A DNA stretch of 32,000 nt, from positions 3,240,001-3,272,000 of the forward strand of contig NZ_CP042905.2 of assembly GCF_008000775.2 (NCBI RefSeq), written 5' to 3'. Below are positions 1 through 8,230 of the stretch, in pieces. The notes beneath the pieces were generated by a model. The model saw only the letters and a program-made list of their open reading frames with translations, ran no database searches and was not told the DNA's origin. Position 1 is the stretch's first letter. Each line of letters starts with the position of its first letter. The position numbers and the translations under genes were made by a program. The DNA is from Promethearchaeum syntrophicum (GTDB lineage: Archaea > Asgardarchaeota > Lokiarchaeia > Sigyniarchaeales > Promethearchaeaceae).

Positions 1-294
1 TTGAGAACTCGGCTTTAAATCTACTTTGAACCTTATTTTATACCATTCTGCGATTGCTTCCAGAAAATCTGGCTCTCCTTGCCTTGTCGGATAATTATGA
101 TTAGTGGGCTTATTAACTTCTTCAATTAGAGCATCAACAATTAATTGTGGAGTTGGGATATCAGGATCTCCCACATCCATAGAAATCAGATCAACGCCCT
201 CTTTTTTCTTTCTTCGCTTTATTTCTGCGATTTCGGCAAATATGTAAGGAGGGAGTTTGTTTAATCGGTCGGAATATTTTAGATTTAAGGGCAT
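1..294 (-). CDS. Class I/II PLP-dependent aminotransferase (LL-DAP/aspartate aminotransferase-like), N-terminal 98 codons only; the gene runs off the left edge
   Basis: My own minus-strand translation from ATG at 294 gives MPLNLKYSDRLNKLPPYIFAEIAEIKRRKKKEGVDLISMDVGDPDIPTPQLIVDALIEEVNKPTNHNYPTRQGEPDFLEAIAEWYKIRFKVDLKPSSQ, open to base 1. The PPYIF...G.DLI.L..G.PD.PTP and Y....G...F..AIA.WY patterns are typical of this family. It is missing from the ORF track because there is no stop in the window. Confidence 0.7.
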   Translation of the reverse strand, partial: MPLNLKYSDRLNKLPPYIFAEIAEIKRRKKKEGVDLISMDVGDPDIPTPQLIVDALIEEVNKPTNHNYPTRQGEPDFLEAIAEWYKIRFKVDLKPSSQ

Positions 295-348
295 TAAATT
301 TTCTACTCCAAATTATTGATTAAGTTATTATTATTTAATTCTCAAAAT

Positions 349-358
349 AAAAAAAAAA
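349..358 (-). terminator. Oligo-T tract (T10 on minus strand) directly after the etfA stop
   Basis: An A10 run on the plus strand at 349-358 lies 2 nt downstream (minus sense) of the etfA TAA (361-363). Archaeal termination commonly uses oligo-T. Confidence 0.35.
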
Positions 359-360
359 TA

Positions 361-1554
361 TTAAACACAAAGAAGATCTTCTTTATTGTTTAACGCTTCA
401 ATTAGTAAGGGAATTACTTTATGCAGATCTCCAACTATTCCGTAATTGGCTACTGTAAAAATCGGAGCATTGGGATCTGAGTTAATCGCAATAATCACTT
501 TACTGCTTTTCATTCCCACAAGATGTTGAATTGTGCCAGAAATGCCGCACGCTATATAGATTTTCGGCGATACAGTGGTACCACTTTGCCCTACTTGGTG
601 ATTTTTCCCAATCCACCCTAACTCTATGGGAACACGACTTGCTCCAACTGTTCCATGAAAAACATCAGCTAAGTCTTGAATCAATTTGAAATTTTCTTTA
701 CTTCCAACACCTCTACCACCCGAAACAACAATATCCGCTTCGCATAAAGGGATCCCATCTTCACATACAGCGCTGAGAACTTCTTTAACCCACACACGTA
801 AGCCTTTTTCATCTATTTTTACCAGTACTTCAATTATCTCGGCATTCTCACTATGATCTTCACATAAATTCTTCATTACATTCGGTCGAACAGTTGCCAT
901 TTGAGGCCGGGTTTCAAAATCTACTATATCTGCCATAATATTTCCTCCGAATGCTGGACGGGTCTGCAGTAATTTATTTTCATAAATAGAAAGCCCAGTA
1001 CAATCTGCTGTTAGACCCAATTTTAAAATAGAAGCTACTCTTGGAGCTAGATCCCTTCCTTTAATTGTTGCGGGAAATAATACTATGTTTGGATTATAAT
1101 TTGAAATAAGTCCAATAACTATGTTCGCATATGTATCGGTGTAATATTGAAGTAGATTTTCATCTTCTGCTATAAATATTTTATCAGCACCATGAATGGC
1201 TAAATCTTTGGCGAATTTTTTAACATCACTACCAATTAAAACAAGCCCAACTTTCTGTTTTAATTCGAAAGCAAGATCTTTCGCCTTGCCAAGCAATTCA
1301 TAGGTGACAGTTCGAATTTTACCGTCCTTTACTTCAGCTACAACCCAGACATCTTGAAATTTAGACAAATCCACATTTTTTGCTTTTCTGCGCTCTAAAT
1401 CGATGGCATTGAAATTACAAACTTGAACACAAGCACCACATAAAGTACATGCTTCATTAATAACCGCTTTTTTATCTATGAGTGTTATTGCACCAAAAGG
1501 ACACGCTTTAACACACAAACCGCACCCAGTACAATTATCATTGACATTTATCAT
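361..1554 (-). CDS. etfA: Electron transfer flavoprotein alpha subunit with an N-terminal 2x[4Fe-4S] ferredoxin domain (FixB/CarE-like)
   Basis: The N-terminus has two cluster motifs, CTGCGLCVKACP and CTLCGACVQVC. The rest has the EtfA FAD-domain pattern (VVSGGRGVG, VGQSGTTVSPKIYIACGISGTIQH). The ATG lies 1 nt after the etfB stop. Confidence 0.9.
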   Translation of the reverse strand: MINVNDNCTGCGLCVKACPFGAITLIDKKAVINEACTLCGACVQVCNFNAIDLERRKAKNVDLSKFQDVWVVAEVKDGKIRTVTYELLGKAKDLAFELKQKVGLVLIGSDVKKFAKDLAIHGADKIFIAEDENLLQYYTDTYANIVIGLISNYNPNIVLFPATIKGRDLAPRVASILKLGLTADCTGLSIYENKLLQTRPAFGGNIMADIVDFETRPQMATVRPNVMKNLCEDHSENAEIIEVLVKIDEKGLRVWVKEVLSAVCEDGIPLCEADIVVSGGRGVGSKENFKLIQDLADVFHGTVGASRVPIELGWIGKNHQVGQSGTTVSPKIYIACGISGTIQHLVGMKSSKVIIAINSDPNAPIFTVANYGIVGDLHKVIPLLIEALNNKEDLLCV

Positions 1555-1555
1555 T

Positions 1556-2341
1556 CTATATCACCAAGTCCTCCGATAATTTGTCAAATAAGTTTTTCAC
1601 TGCAATTTCTGGCTCATCCGCATATATTACACCCTTTTCATTGATAGGAGGAGGATATACTTTGATTACTTGTGTAAGGGACCCTTCAAGTCCGAAATTT
1701 TCTTTGTCAACATCAAAATCGGCTACGGTCCAAGTTTCTAAAGGTTTCTTTTTAGCCATTAAAATAGCGCGCATAGCGGGATTAGAAGGTTCAAATGATG
1801 AAGGTGTAATTCCCGCAATTAAAACGGGCAATTTTGCTTCCACAATGTTATAACCATCATCTGTAACTGTTTTTGCTTCTAATCGTTTTCCTTCAATTTT
1901 TAGAACCTCTTCAACATAGGTTATTTGAGGTATACCAAGCTGTCCCGCAATTTCAGGACCAACTTGAGCAGTATCTCCATCAATCGCTTGAAGTCCTGCA
2001 AAAATCACATCAAATTTCCCTATTTTCTTGATTGCCGTTGCTAAGGTGATAGCAGTTGCCCAGGTATCTGCCCCAGCAAATGCTCGATCGCTTAGTAATA
2101 TTGCTTTATCTGCACCCAATGCCAGACATTTCATTAACGCCTTCTTCGCTTGAGGAGGCCCCATCGAAATAGCGATTATTTCATCGCCATCTTTTTTCAT
2201 TTTGATGGCTTCTTCTAATGCAAATTGATCAAATGGATTTAAAATGCTTGGAACCCCTTCACGAACAAGTGTATTAGTTTCTGGGTCAATTTTTACATCA
2301 TTGGTGTCCGGTACTTGCTTTACACATACAATATATCTCAC
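1556..2341 (-). CDS. etfB: Electron transfer flavoprotein beta subunit (FixA-like)
   Basis: MRYIVCVKQVPD N-terminus, AIDGDTAQVGPEIAGQLGIP motif, GTG start at 2341. Tightly coupled to etfA. Confidence 0.9.
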   Translation of the reverse strand: MRYIVCVKQVPDTNDVKIDPETNTLVREGVPSILNPFDQFALEEAIKMKKDGDEIIAISMGPPQAKKALMKCLALGADKAILLSDRAFAGADTWATAITLATAIKKIGKFDVIFAGLQAIDGDTAQVGPEIAGQLGIPQITYVEEVLKIEGKRLEAKTVTDDGYNIVEAKLPVLIAGITPSSFEPSNPAMRAILMAKKKPLETWTVADFDVDKENFGLEGSLTQVIKVYPPPINEKGVIYADEPEIAVKNLFDKLSEDLVI

Positions 2342-2430
2342 TATGGCTCATTTCCTATTTTTTTCTTTATTTTCAATTAATTTCTACAATAAGTTTTGAA
2401 TTCTAATATTTATAATAATTATTTTTATTT

Positions 2431-2580
2431 GATCATATTAAATATTTTGAATTTCGAAATTTAAAATTGAATTTTTTAAGGATTTTATACATGATTTCTA
2501 GACAAATTCTTAACAACGAATAAAATTTTGAACCAAGTCGAAAAAAATAGATTATTGGTATTTTAGAGTGTTCAAGAAAT
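2431..2580. repeat. Copy A of a conserved noncoding element upstream of etfB (partner copy at 5871-6021)
   Basis: 2431-2550 aligns ungapped to 5871-5990 with 103/120 identities (hand count). Weaker similarity continues for about 30 nt further. Confidence 0.8.
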
Positions 2581-2613
2581 TATTAAAAAGTTTATTGGAT
2601 ATCAATATTATGT

Positions 2614-4551
2614 ATGAAAAAAAATATTCAAGATTTATTAAATGTCGCACAAGATATGATTGACGACGGAAAAATCTCAGAATGTTTGGAATATTTAAAA
2701 TCCTTAAAGCCAATAAAGGAATATACTGAGCGAGAAAAAACTATATTTTATACACTCAATAGTGAAATTCATTTGATTTTATTCAATATTACAAAATCTT
2801 ATGTTATAGCAAAAAAAGGGATACGCTTTGCGAGAAAAATTGAAAAGAGTATCGAATTAGTCGATGCACTCCTGATAATGGTAAAAAACTTGGTAATTAT
2901 GGGAAAAATTAGTGAGAGCATGGATTTATTGGAAGAAAGTTCAGAAGTACTAATGAATTTACCACAGGTTTCTGAAAAGGATCGTAAACGGAGATTGGGT
3001 TTAATTTTTCTTATTCAAGGTCTAAATTTCTATCAATTAGGCAAAATGATGGAAAGTAGTGAAAAGATTAATAAGTCTATAGATCTCTTACAAAAATGGA
3101 ATTCGAAAGCTAATCTTGCTCTAGCTTATGCTTTTTATGGAAATTTTTTCATGATTATGGGAGAATCTAATAAAGCTCTTAATAATCTCTCCAAAGCTCA
3201 AAAAATTTGTGAGAATAATAACTCAATTGCCTACCATCTTCCGAAATTGATGAATTTTATTGGATGGGGTATAGTATATCATTTTAAAGGTGAGCTTCAA
3301 CTAGCTGTGGAATACAATAAAAAAGTTGTATCTTTGGCTCGAAAAAGCAACAATCCAATTTTTTTATTTATGGGATTAGGTAATTTAGGTGAAATATATA
3401 AAGAATTAGAAGAATGGGATCATGCAATTAAATATCTTCAAGAAGCTTTAATCATAGCGGAACATTCCAGAAGGAGTTCGAGTATAGTAATTATTTTAAG
3501 TAATCTCTTTGATGTTTACATAAATATGGGAGATATTGTTAATGTAAAACAAGTATTTCACAAAATGGAACATTATCAAGCCGAAGAAAAAGAAAATAAA
3601 AAAATATCTCAAATTTATCGAAGTTGCAAAGCAGTTCTAATGAAAATGAGCAAAAGAACCCGAGATATAGGTGGGGCCCAAGTTATTTTTAAAGCCATTG
3701 CCCAAGAAGAAGTAATTCAAATAGATATTACTCAAAATGCAATTCTTAACCTATGTAAAATGCTACTTGAAGAATTTCAAGAAACTAAGAATTTTGAAGT
3801 AATAGAAGAATTCTCCACTTCTTTGAAACAACTACAGAATGCAACTGAAAAACACCATGCCTATCCATTATTAGCAGAAACCTATTTATTAGAAGCCAAA
3901 CTAAGCATGATAAATTTTGATTTGAAAAAAGCCCGTCAATCGTTAACTAAAGCGCAACAAATTGCAGAAAAATACGGATTAAAGCAGCTTGCTATTAAAA
4001 TATCATATGAACATGATAAGCTCCTTGAAAATCTTAAAGATTGGGATCAAATGAAAAAAGAAAATGTATCCTATTCTGAACGCCTTGAAAAATTAGATAT
4101 AAACGATAATATTTTAACGTTGTTAAAAAAGAAGCCGGCAAAAATCCCAGAAACATCTCCTGAATCTCCTATATTATTGTTAGTAATGGCAAATTCTGGA
4201 ATTCCAATCTATACTAAGATATTTAACAAGGAATGGGAAATTAGTGAAAACCTTTTCAGCAGTTTTCTTTTAGCATTCAATAGTTTCAGCCACGAAATCT
4301 TTTCAGAAGGCTTAGATAGGGCAAATTTTGGTACATATACCATCCTGATGACTGGAATGCCTCCTTTTATGACTTGTTATGTTTTTAAGGGTCAATCTTT
4401 TCTTGCCCATCAGAAATTTTCCAAATTTAATGAATCTATTCATGAATCCGATCAAATTTGGAAGAATTTAACTTCTTCTAATCGTACAGGTCAAGTAATA
4501 AAAGATGATGCAAGTGCAGGACTTGGAAAATTAGTTAAAACAATTTTTTAG
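2614..4551 (+). CDS. TPR-like helical repeat protein with a C-terminal ~125-aa alpha/beta domain (longin/roadblock-like by sequence pattern)
   Basis: 645-aa ORF. The N-terminal ~500 aa contain repeated amphipathic helix pairs with TPR-like signatures (e.g. ALAYAFYGNFFMIMGESNKALNNLSKAQKI, GLGNLGEIYKELEEWDHAIKYLQEAL). The C-terminus ILLLVMANSGIPIYTKIF..NLFSSFLLAFNSFSHEIF..FGTYTILMTGMPPFMTCYVFKG has a beta-beta-alpha-beta-beta pattern. Confidence 0.7.
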   Translation: MKKNIQDLLNVAQDMIDDGKISECLEYLKSLKPIKEYTEREKTIFYTLNSEIHLILFNITKSYVIAKKGIRFARKIEKSIELVDALLIMVKNLVIMGKISESMDLLEESSEVLMNLPQVSEKDRKRRLGLIFLIQGLNFYQLGKMMESSEKINKSIDLLQKWNSKANLALAYAFYGNFFMIMGESNKALNNLSKAQKICENNNSIAYHLPKLMNFIGWGIVYHFKGELQLAVEYNKKVVSLARKSNNPIFLFMGLGNLGEIYKELEEWDHAIKYLQEALIIAEHSRRSSSIVIILSNLFDVYINMGDIVNVKQVFHKMEHYQAEEKENKKISQIYRSCKAVLMKMSKRTRDIGGAQVIFKAIAQEEVIQIDITQNAILNLCKMLLEEFQETKNFEVIEEFSTSLKQLQNATEKHHAYPLLAETYLLEAKLSMINFDLKKARQSLTKAQQIAEKYGLKQLAIKISYEHDKLLENLKDWDQMKKENVSYSERLEKLDINDNILTLLKKKPAKIPETSPESPILLLVMANSGIPIYTKIFNKEWEISENLFSSFLLAFNSFSHEIFSEGLDRANFGTYTILMTGMPPFMTCYVFKGQSFLAHQKFSKFNESIHESDQIWKNLTSSNRTGQVIKDDASAGLGKLVKTIF

Positions 4552-4614
4552 ATTTAAAATCACCTTTTAGATATAAAACCTGATCTAAAAATACAGAATT
4601 TTTTGAGAAGTAGT

Positions 4615-4624
4615 AAAAAAAAAA
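4615..4624 (-). terminator. Oligo-T tract (T10 on minus strand) 17 nt after the acd stop
   Basis: A10 on the plus strand at 4615-4624 in the convergent gap between the TPR gene and acd. A T6 run at 4599-4604 may serve the plus-strand gene. Confidence 0.35.
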
Positions 4625-4640
4625 TGTAAAATTTTTAGTT

Positions 4641-5837
4641 CTATTTGTATGCTACGAAATCTTTCCCTAACAATTCACGGGCTACAATCATTTTCATAAT
4701 CTCTTTCGCTCCTTCCGCCCATGCAAATGAACGAACGGCCCGATATATCGCATTGTCTACGCATTCGTGCGTATATCCAAACGCACCTTGCCACTGCATA
4801 ACATCATTAGCGGCAGCACACGCCCAATCACTCGCAAACATCTTAGCCATAGCGATTTTTTTAGCCGTTTCAAAACGAGTAGCTTTCCCTGCTTGCTCTA
4901 AGTCAATACTTAAAAGGGCTTCAAAAGCCATGTTTTTCAGCATATGCATCCTGGTATAATGTTCCGCTAATCGGAAATTCACTTCCTCAAATTTACCCAG
5001 ATACGTTCCGAACATTTTGCGTTGTTTTATATAGTCCATTCCGTTTTCCAATGATTTCTGACCAGCAGCAGCACAAATTGCGGCAATTAAACCTCTTGCA
5101 TACTCATACCCTTCATGAACATAGTAAAAACCTTTGTTTTCCTCTCCAAGAATATAATGAGGAGGGATTTTAACATCATCAATTGAAAAACCACCACAGC
5201 TAATTCCTTCTCTACCCATATCATCAGCATATGTAGGTGTTATTCCCTTATCTGTCAATGGTAGATAAAACATAGTCATTCCACGGGTGCCCTTTTCCAG
5301 ATCTTGGTGAGCGATTGTTAAATGCCCGCCTCCATTTGTATGGGCTTCACGAACTCCACTAATATACATTTTTTCCCCGCTTACGATGAATCCATCATCA
5401 ACCTTCTTGATCATGGTTCGAGTTCCATTAACATCAGAACCAGCATCACTTTCGGTAGTAGCTATGCCTAAAAACCATTCACCACTGCATACTTTCGGAA
5501 ATATTTCTTTTTTAGCTTGTTCAGTTCCATATTTATTAAAAAGATAGCCCCAAGAAGCTTGAACCAACCAAAATACCGGAATTGAACCAGTAGGATCGGC
5601 TCTGCCCAATTCTTCACCGATTATACCTGTGGTAACTGCATCTAAACCAGCACCACCATATTTTTCGTCGGCTGTACATGCTAGTAAACCAAGTTCAGCC
5701 ATTCCTTTGATGACATCAAGAGGAATTTTCTTTGTCTTTTCCATCTCCAAAGCGATTGGAGTAATTTTAGCTTGAGCAAAATCACGGACGGATTCACGGA
5801 TCATTTCTTGCTCTTCCGTAAAAGTAAAATCAACCAT
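4641..5837 (-). CDS. acd: Acyl-CoA dehydrogenase (short/medium-chain or CarC/Bcd-like)
   Basis: 398 aa. FTEEQEMIRESVRDFA N-terminus, GIATTESDAGSD, C-terminal YRAVRSFAWAEGAKEIMKMIVAREL with the typical ACAD catalytic-Glu region. Confidence 0.9.
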   Translation of the reverse strand: MVDFTFTEEQEMIRESVRDFAQAKITPIALEMEKTKKIPLDVIKGMAELGLLACTADEKYGGAGLDAVTTGIIGEELGRADPTGSIPVFWLVQASWGYLFNKYGTEQAKKEIFPKVCSGEWFLGIATTESDAGSDVNGTRTMIKKVDDGFIVSGEKMYISGVREAHTNGGGHLTIAHQDLEKGTRGMTMFYLPLTDKGITPTYADDMGREGISCGGFSIDDVKIPPHYILGEENKGFYYVHEGYEYARGLIAAICAAAGQKSLENGMDYIKQRKMFGTYLGKFEEVNFRLAEHYTRMHMLKNMAFEALLSIDLEQAGKATRFETAKKIAMAKMFASDWACAAANDVMQWQGAFGYTHECVDNAIYRAVRSFAWAEGAKEIMKMIVARELLGKDFVAYK

Positions 5838-5870
5838 TTTTTATGATCACTTGATTAAATTTTAGTGAGT

Positions 5871-6021
5871 GATCAAATTAAATATTTTGAATTCTGAAAA
5901 ATGAAATTGAATTTTGTAAGGATTTCTTACATGATTTCTAGATAATTTTTTAAAAACGAATAAAATTTTGAACAATGTCGAAAAAAATGAACCTTAGGTG
6001 GTTTAAGAGATTTACAAAAAA
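5871..6021. repeat. Copy B of the conserved noncoding element, upstream of acd
   Basis: See copy A. Same orientation, 33 nt upstream (minus sense) of the acd ATG. Confidence 0.8.
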
Positions 6022-6044
6022 AATAAGGGTAAAGGAATTGAAAA

Positions 6045-6353
6045 TTAAGGTGCGCCTTTCCAATTTGCCTTTTCAACTTGCAGGAAATTTTGCTTTTCTT
6101 CTTCATTCATGAGTGCCAAGTAAATTTTAATATTCATTCCGAATGGATTTAACACATCTTGAATATTTCCAATTAACATATTCCTAACATTTTCAGGGAT
6201 ATTTGCAAAGGGAAGGTTCATCGTCATATGGACTTTATTGTCTTCAATTTTAACATCCTTTATCATTCCCAATTGAGGTAAGCAAGCATTTATAGCAGGA
6301 TGTTGCGTTTTTTCTAATGCTTGAGTTATTTCTTTTAAGAGGTTATCGCTCAT
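6045..6353 (-). CDS. Small DUF59/MIP18-like protein (divergent)
   Basis: HPAINACLPQLGMIKDVKIEDNKVHMTMNL resembles the DUF59 pattern (dP.....i..LGli.dv.i....v.v.m.l), but the usual Cys/Thr motif is absent. I prefer the ATG at 6353 (MSDNLL) over the track GTG at 6362. Confidence 0.45.
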   Translation of the reverse strand: MSDNLLKEITQALEKTQHPAINACLPQLGMIKDVKIEDNKVHMTMNLPFANIPENVRNMLIGNIQDVLNPFGMNIKIYLALMNEEEKQNFLQVEKANWKGAP

Positions 6354-6509
6354 TAAGACCACTTAATGAATAATTATGCAAAAAATTATAAAAACTTCTT
6401 TCTTTCAAAAAATAAGATCTTACTTAGGATTATTTCGCATTATTAACACGCTACTTAATGCATGTATAACGGGGAAATTTCTTAAAGAGAACTGCATTTA
6501 AAACGATTA

Positions 6510-7214
6510 TTGGTGATTCAAATTAAAAATTCCAAGTTAAATTATATTTATAATCCACACGAAATTGAAAGCTTATTAGCAAATTTTATTCCTTATCACT
6601 ACGAAACACAAGATTTAAGAAATTCTGCAGTGTTAATTCCAATCCTTCCTATACATACCTCATCTTCAAAATCTCCAAGTTATCAAATAATAATGACAGG
6701 GAGATCCCCAAAATTGAAGCATCATACAGGAGAAATGAGTTTTCCAGGTGGAAAATTTGATCCTGCCCAAGATAATTGTTTGAAGGATACGGCTTTGCGG
6801 GAAACTTATGAAGAAATAGGGGTGACTCCTGAAAATATTAGAATTATTGGAAATTTAGATGATTTACCAACTTTAACAGGGTGGACCATTCGGGTTTTTA
6901 TTGGGCTTTTAGAGATTCCTCCCGATTTTAGATTTTCGATCAACCAAGAAGAAGTCTCTGCTTTGGTGAAAATTCCCATTGAGTATATTGCGCGGAACAA
7001 TCTTTTCTATAAAATTCCCTTTCCAAAAGATCACAATTTTTCGATGCTGTGTTTTGATTATAACGATCCAGAATTAGAGCAGAATTTCAAGATTTGGGGG
7101 GCTTCAGCCCATATGCTTCAAGAATTTTTAAAAAAAATATATAATATTGTGGTAATTAGTCCAGAATATAAGCGCCCAACCTTAAAAGAATGTTTAGATG
7201 CTGTAAGAAGATGA
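6510..7214 (+). CDS. Nudix hydrolase, CoA pyrophosphatase type
   Basis: Nudix box GGKFDPAQDNCLKDTALRETYEEIGV. It is preceded by IIMTGRSPKLKHHTGEMSFPGG, which matches the CoA-Nudix signature as I remember it. Confidence 0.8.
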   Translation: MVIQIKNSKLNYIYNPHEIESLLANFIPYHYETQDLRNSAVLIPILPIHTSSSKSPSYQIIMTGRSPKLKHHTGEMSFPGGKFDPAQDNCLKDTALRETYEEIGVTPENIRIIGNLDDLPTLTGWTIRVFIGLLEIPPDFRFSINQEEVSALVKIPIEYIARNNLFYKIPFPKDHNFSMLCFDYNDPELEQNFKIWGASAHMLQEFLKKIYNIVVISPEYKRPTLKECLDAVRR

Positions 7215-7226
7215 TTGTAATTATTG

Positions 7227-7655
7227 TTAGGTTCTACTCTGAGAGAGATTCTTAATTTTTTCTTTTATTGCAATGCGCTCTTTATAACTGGTATATTGGT
7301 TATCTAAAATTCTTTTTTTACAATCATTCCAGATTTTTCTGAAGTAATAAAAATATTCCGAGATTTCTAAAATATCCCCAAAAATTACTACATAATTTTG
7401 GATAATTGAAATTTGAATATCGATTGGATATAGTTCAAAAACACGAATATCATATATTAACGAAAATTTCCCAATTAACTCTTTTTGGAGATTTATATTC
7501 GCTTTTGCATCTTTCATTCGAGAAATAACAGCCACATCATAATCTGAATCTGGTCGGGCACCTCCACTGACTTGGGAACCGAATAATACAACTTCATATT
7601 TATTTCTAAGTGAATGAAGATCAATTTGAATTTTATTCAATACTTCTGAGCTCAT
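7227..7655 (-). CDS. mntA: Minimal nucleotidyltransferase (MNT antitoxin-type, pol-beta superfamily)
   Basis: VVLFGSQVSGGARPDSDYDVAV is the GS..(n)..D.D NTase motif. Overlaps the upstream HEPN gene by 23 nt. Confidence 0.8.
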   Translation of the reverse strand: MSSEVLNKIQIDLHSLRNKYEVVLFGSQVSGGARPDSDYDVAVISRMKDAKANINLQKELIGKFSLIYDIRVFELYPIDIQISIIQNYVVIFGDILEISEYFYYFRKIWNDCKKRILDNQYTSYKERIAIKEKIKNLSQSRT

Positions 7656-8046
7656 TGATTAATTCCTCTATTTTATTTAACCAAATTTCGGTGATATCGG
7701 TGATTTCTTTTATTGAATCTAAAATTATGGAGTCATCAATTCCATTATAACGATGAACTAATATATTTCGGAGTCCATTTGCTTTTATAAGTCGTTCCCC
7801 TATTTCAGAACTCAAATTCTTGTGTTCAACCAACAAACGAATATTTTCTTTATCATCTTTAACAACTAAGCCATAATCTTTTACCAACATAGCTATTAGA
7901 TCTACTAAAGATTCAATACTTGTCTGAATTGAGTAATAAATGCCCCTTCTCTCTATTTCTTTGGTGAATCGCGTAGATATAAAAGGTATAGATTCAATAA
8001 TGTAATTTATTTTTTCTGTATAGCGTTTTAATCTCAATTCATCCAT
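7633..8046 (-). CDS. hepT: HEPN-domain protein, DUF86/HepT family (toxin-type)
   Basis: R-X4-H motif in GLRNILVHRYNG. About 137 aa from the ATG at 8046 (MDELRLKRY); the track TTG at 8094 adds 16 aa. Confidence 0.75.
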   Translation of the reverse strand: MDELRLKRYTEKINYIIESIPFISTRFTKEIERRGIYYSIQTSIESLVDLIAMLVKDYGLVVKDDKENIRLLVEHKNLSSEIGERLIKANGLRNILVHRYNGIDDSIILDSIKEITDITEIWLNKIEELINELRSIE

Positions 8047-8194
8047 GCTTATATATACATTAGAATAACAAAGAGTTAAATCTTTTATTATCAAGTGGAT
8101 TAATTGATGATTTTAAAAGAAAATTCAACCTATTTTAAATAGATTTAGGAAAATATTCAAAAAAAAATCTCGAAATTGACCGAAGTTCAAAAAA

Positions 8195-8202
8195 TTTTTA
8201 AA
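8195..8202 (+). promoter_or_regulatory. TATA-like box for iorA
   Basis: TTTTTAAA is centred about 32 nt upstream of the iorA ATG (8231) and preceded by an A-rich BRE-like stretch. This would give a very short leader. Confidence 0.3.
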
Positions 8203-8230
8203 GTGTGCGAAATCTGTTTTACATAAGTTT

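Noticed and set aside
1581-1853. 90-aa plus-strand ORF inside etfB
   Set aside because: It lies entirely antisense to a well-supported etfB CDS, the sequence is low-complexity, and it has no motif. This is a shadow ORF. The same reasoning applies to 4645-4959 (antisense to acd), 6806-7000 (antisense to the Nudix gene) and 8347-8688 (antisense to iorA).
2431-2550. 19-codon ORF (MYKILKKFNFKFRNSKYLI) on the minus strand of repeat copy A, as a possible leader peptide
   Set aside because: In copy B the same ATG is followed immediately by TAA, so the peptide is not conserved. The conservation is at the nucleotide level.
8176-8205. Shared GTTCAAAA plus T-rich motif upstream of iorA (8187), the 13245 gene (13195) and in both etfB/acd repeat copies, as a possible regulon operator
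   Set aside because: By rough base-frequency estimate the 8-mer is expected about 2-3 times by chance in 64 kb of AT-rich sequence on both strands. The spacing to the upstream GAC differs by 3-4 nt between sites. It may simply be part of the generic BRE/TATA context. This needs genome-wide statistics I cannot run.
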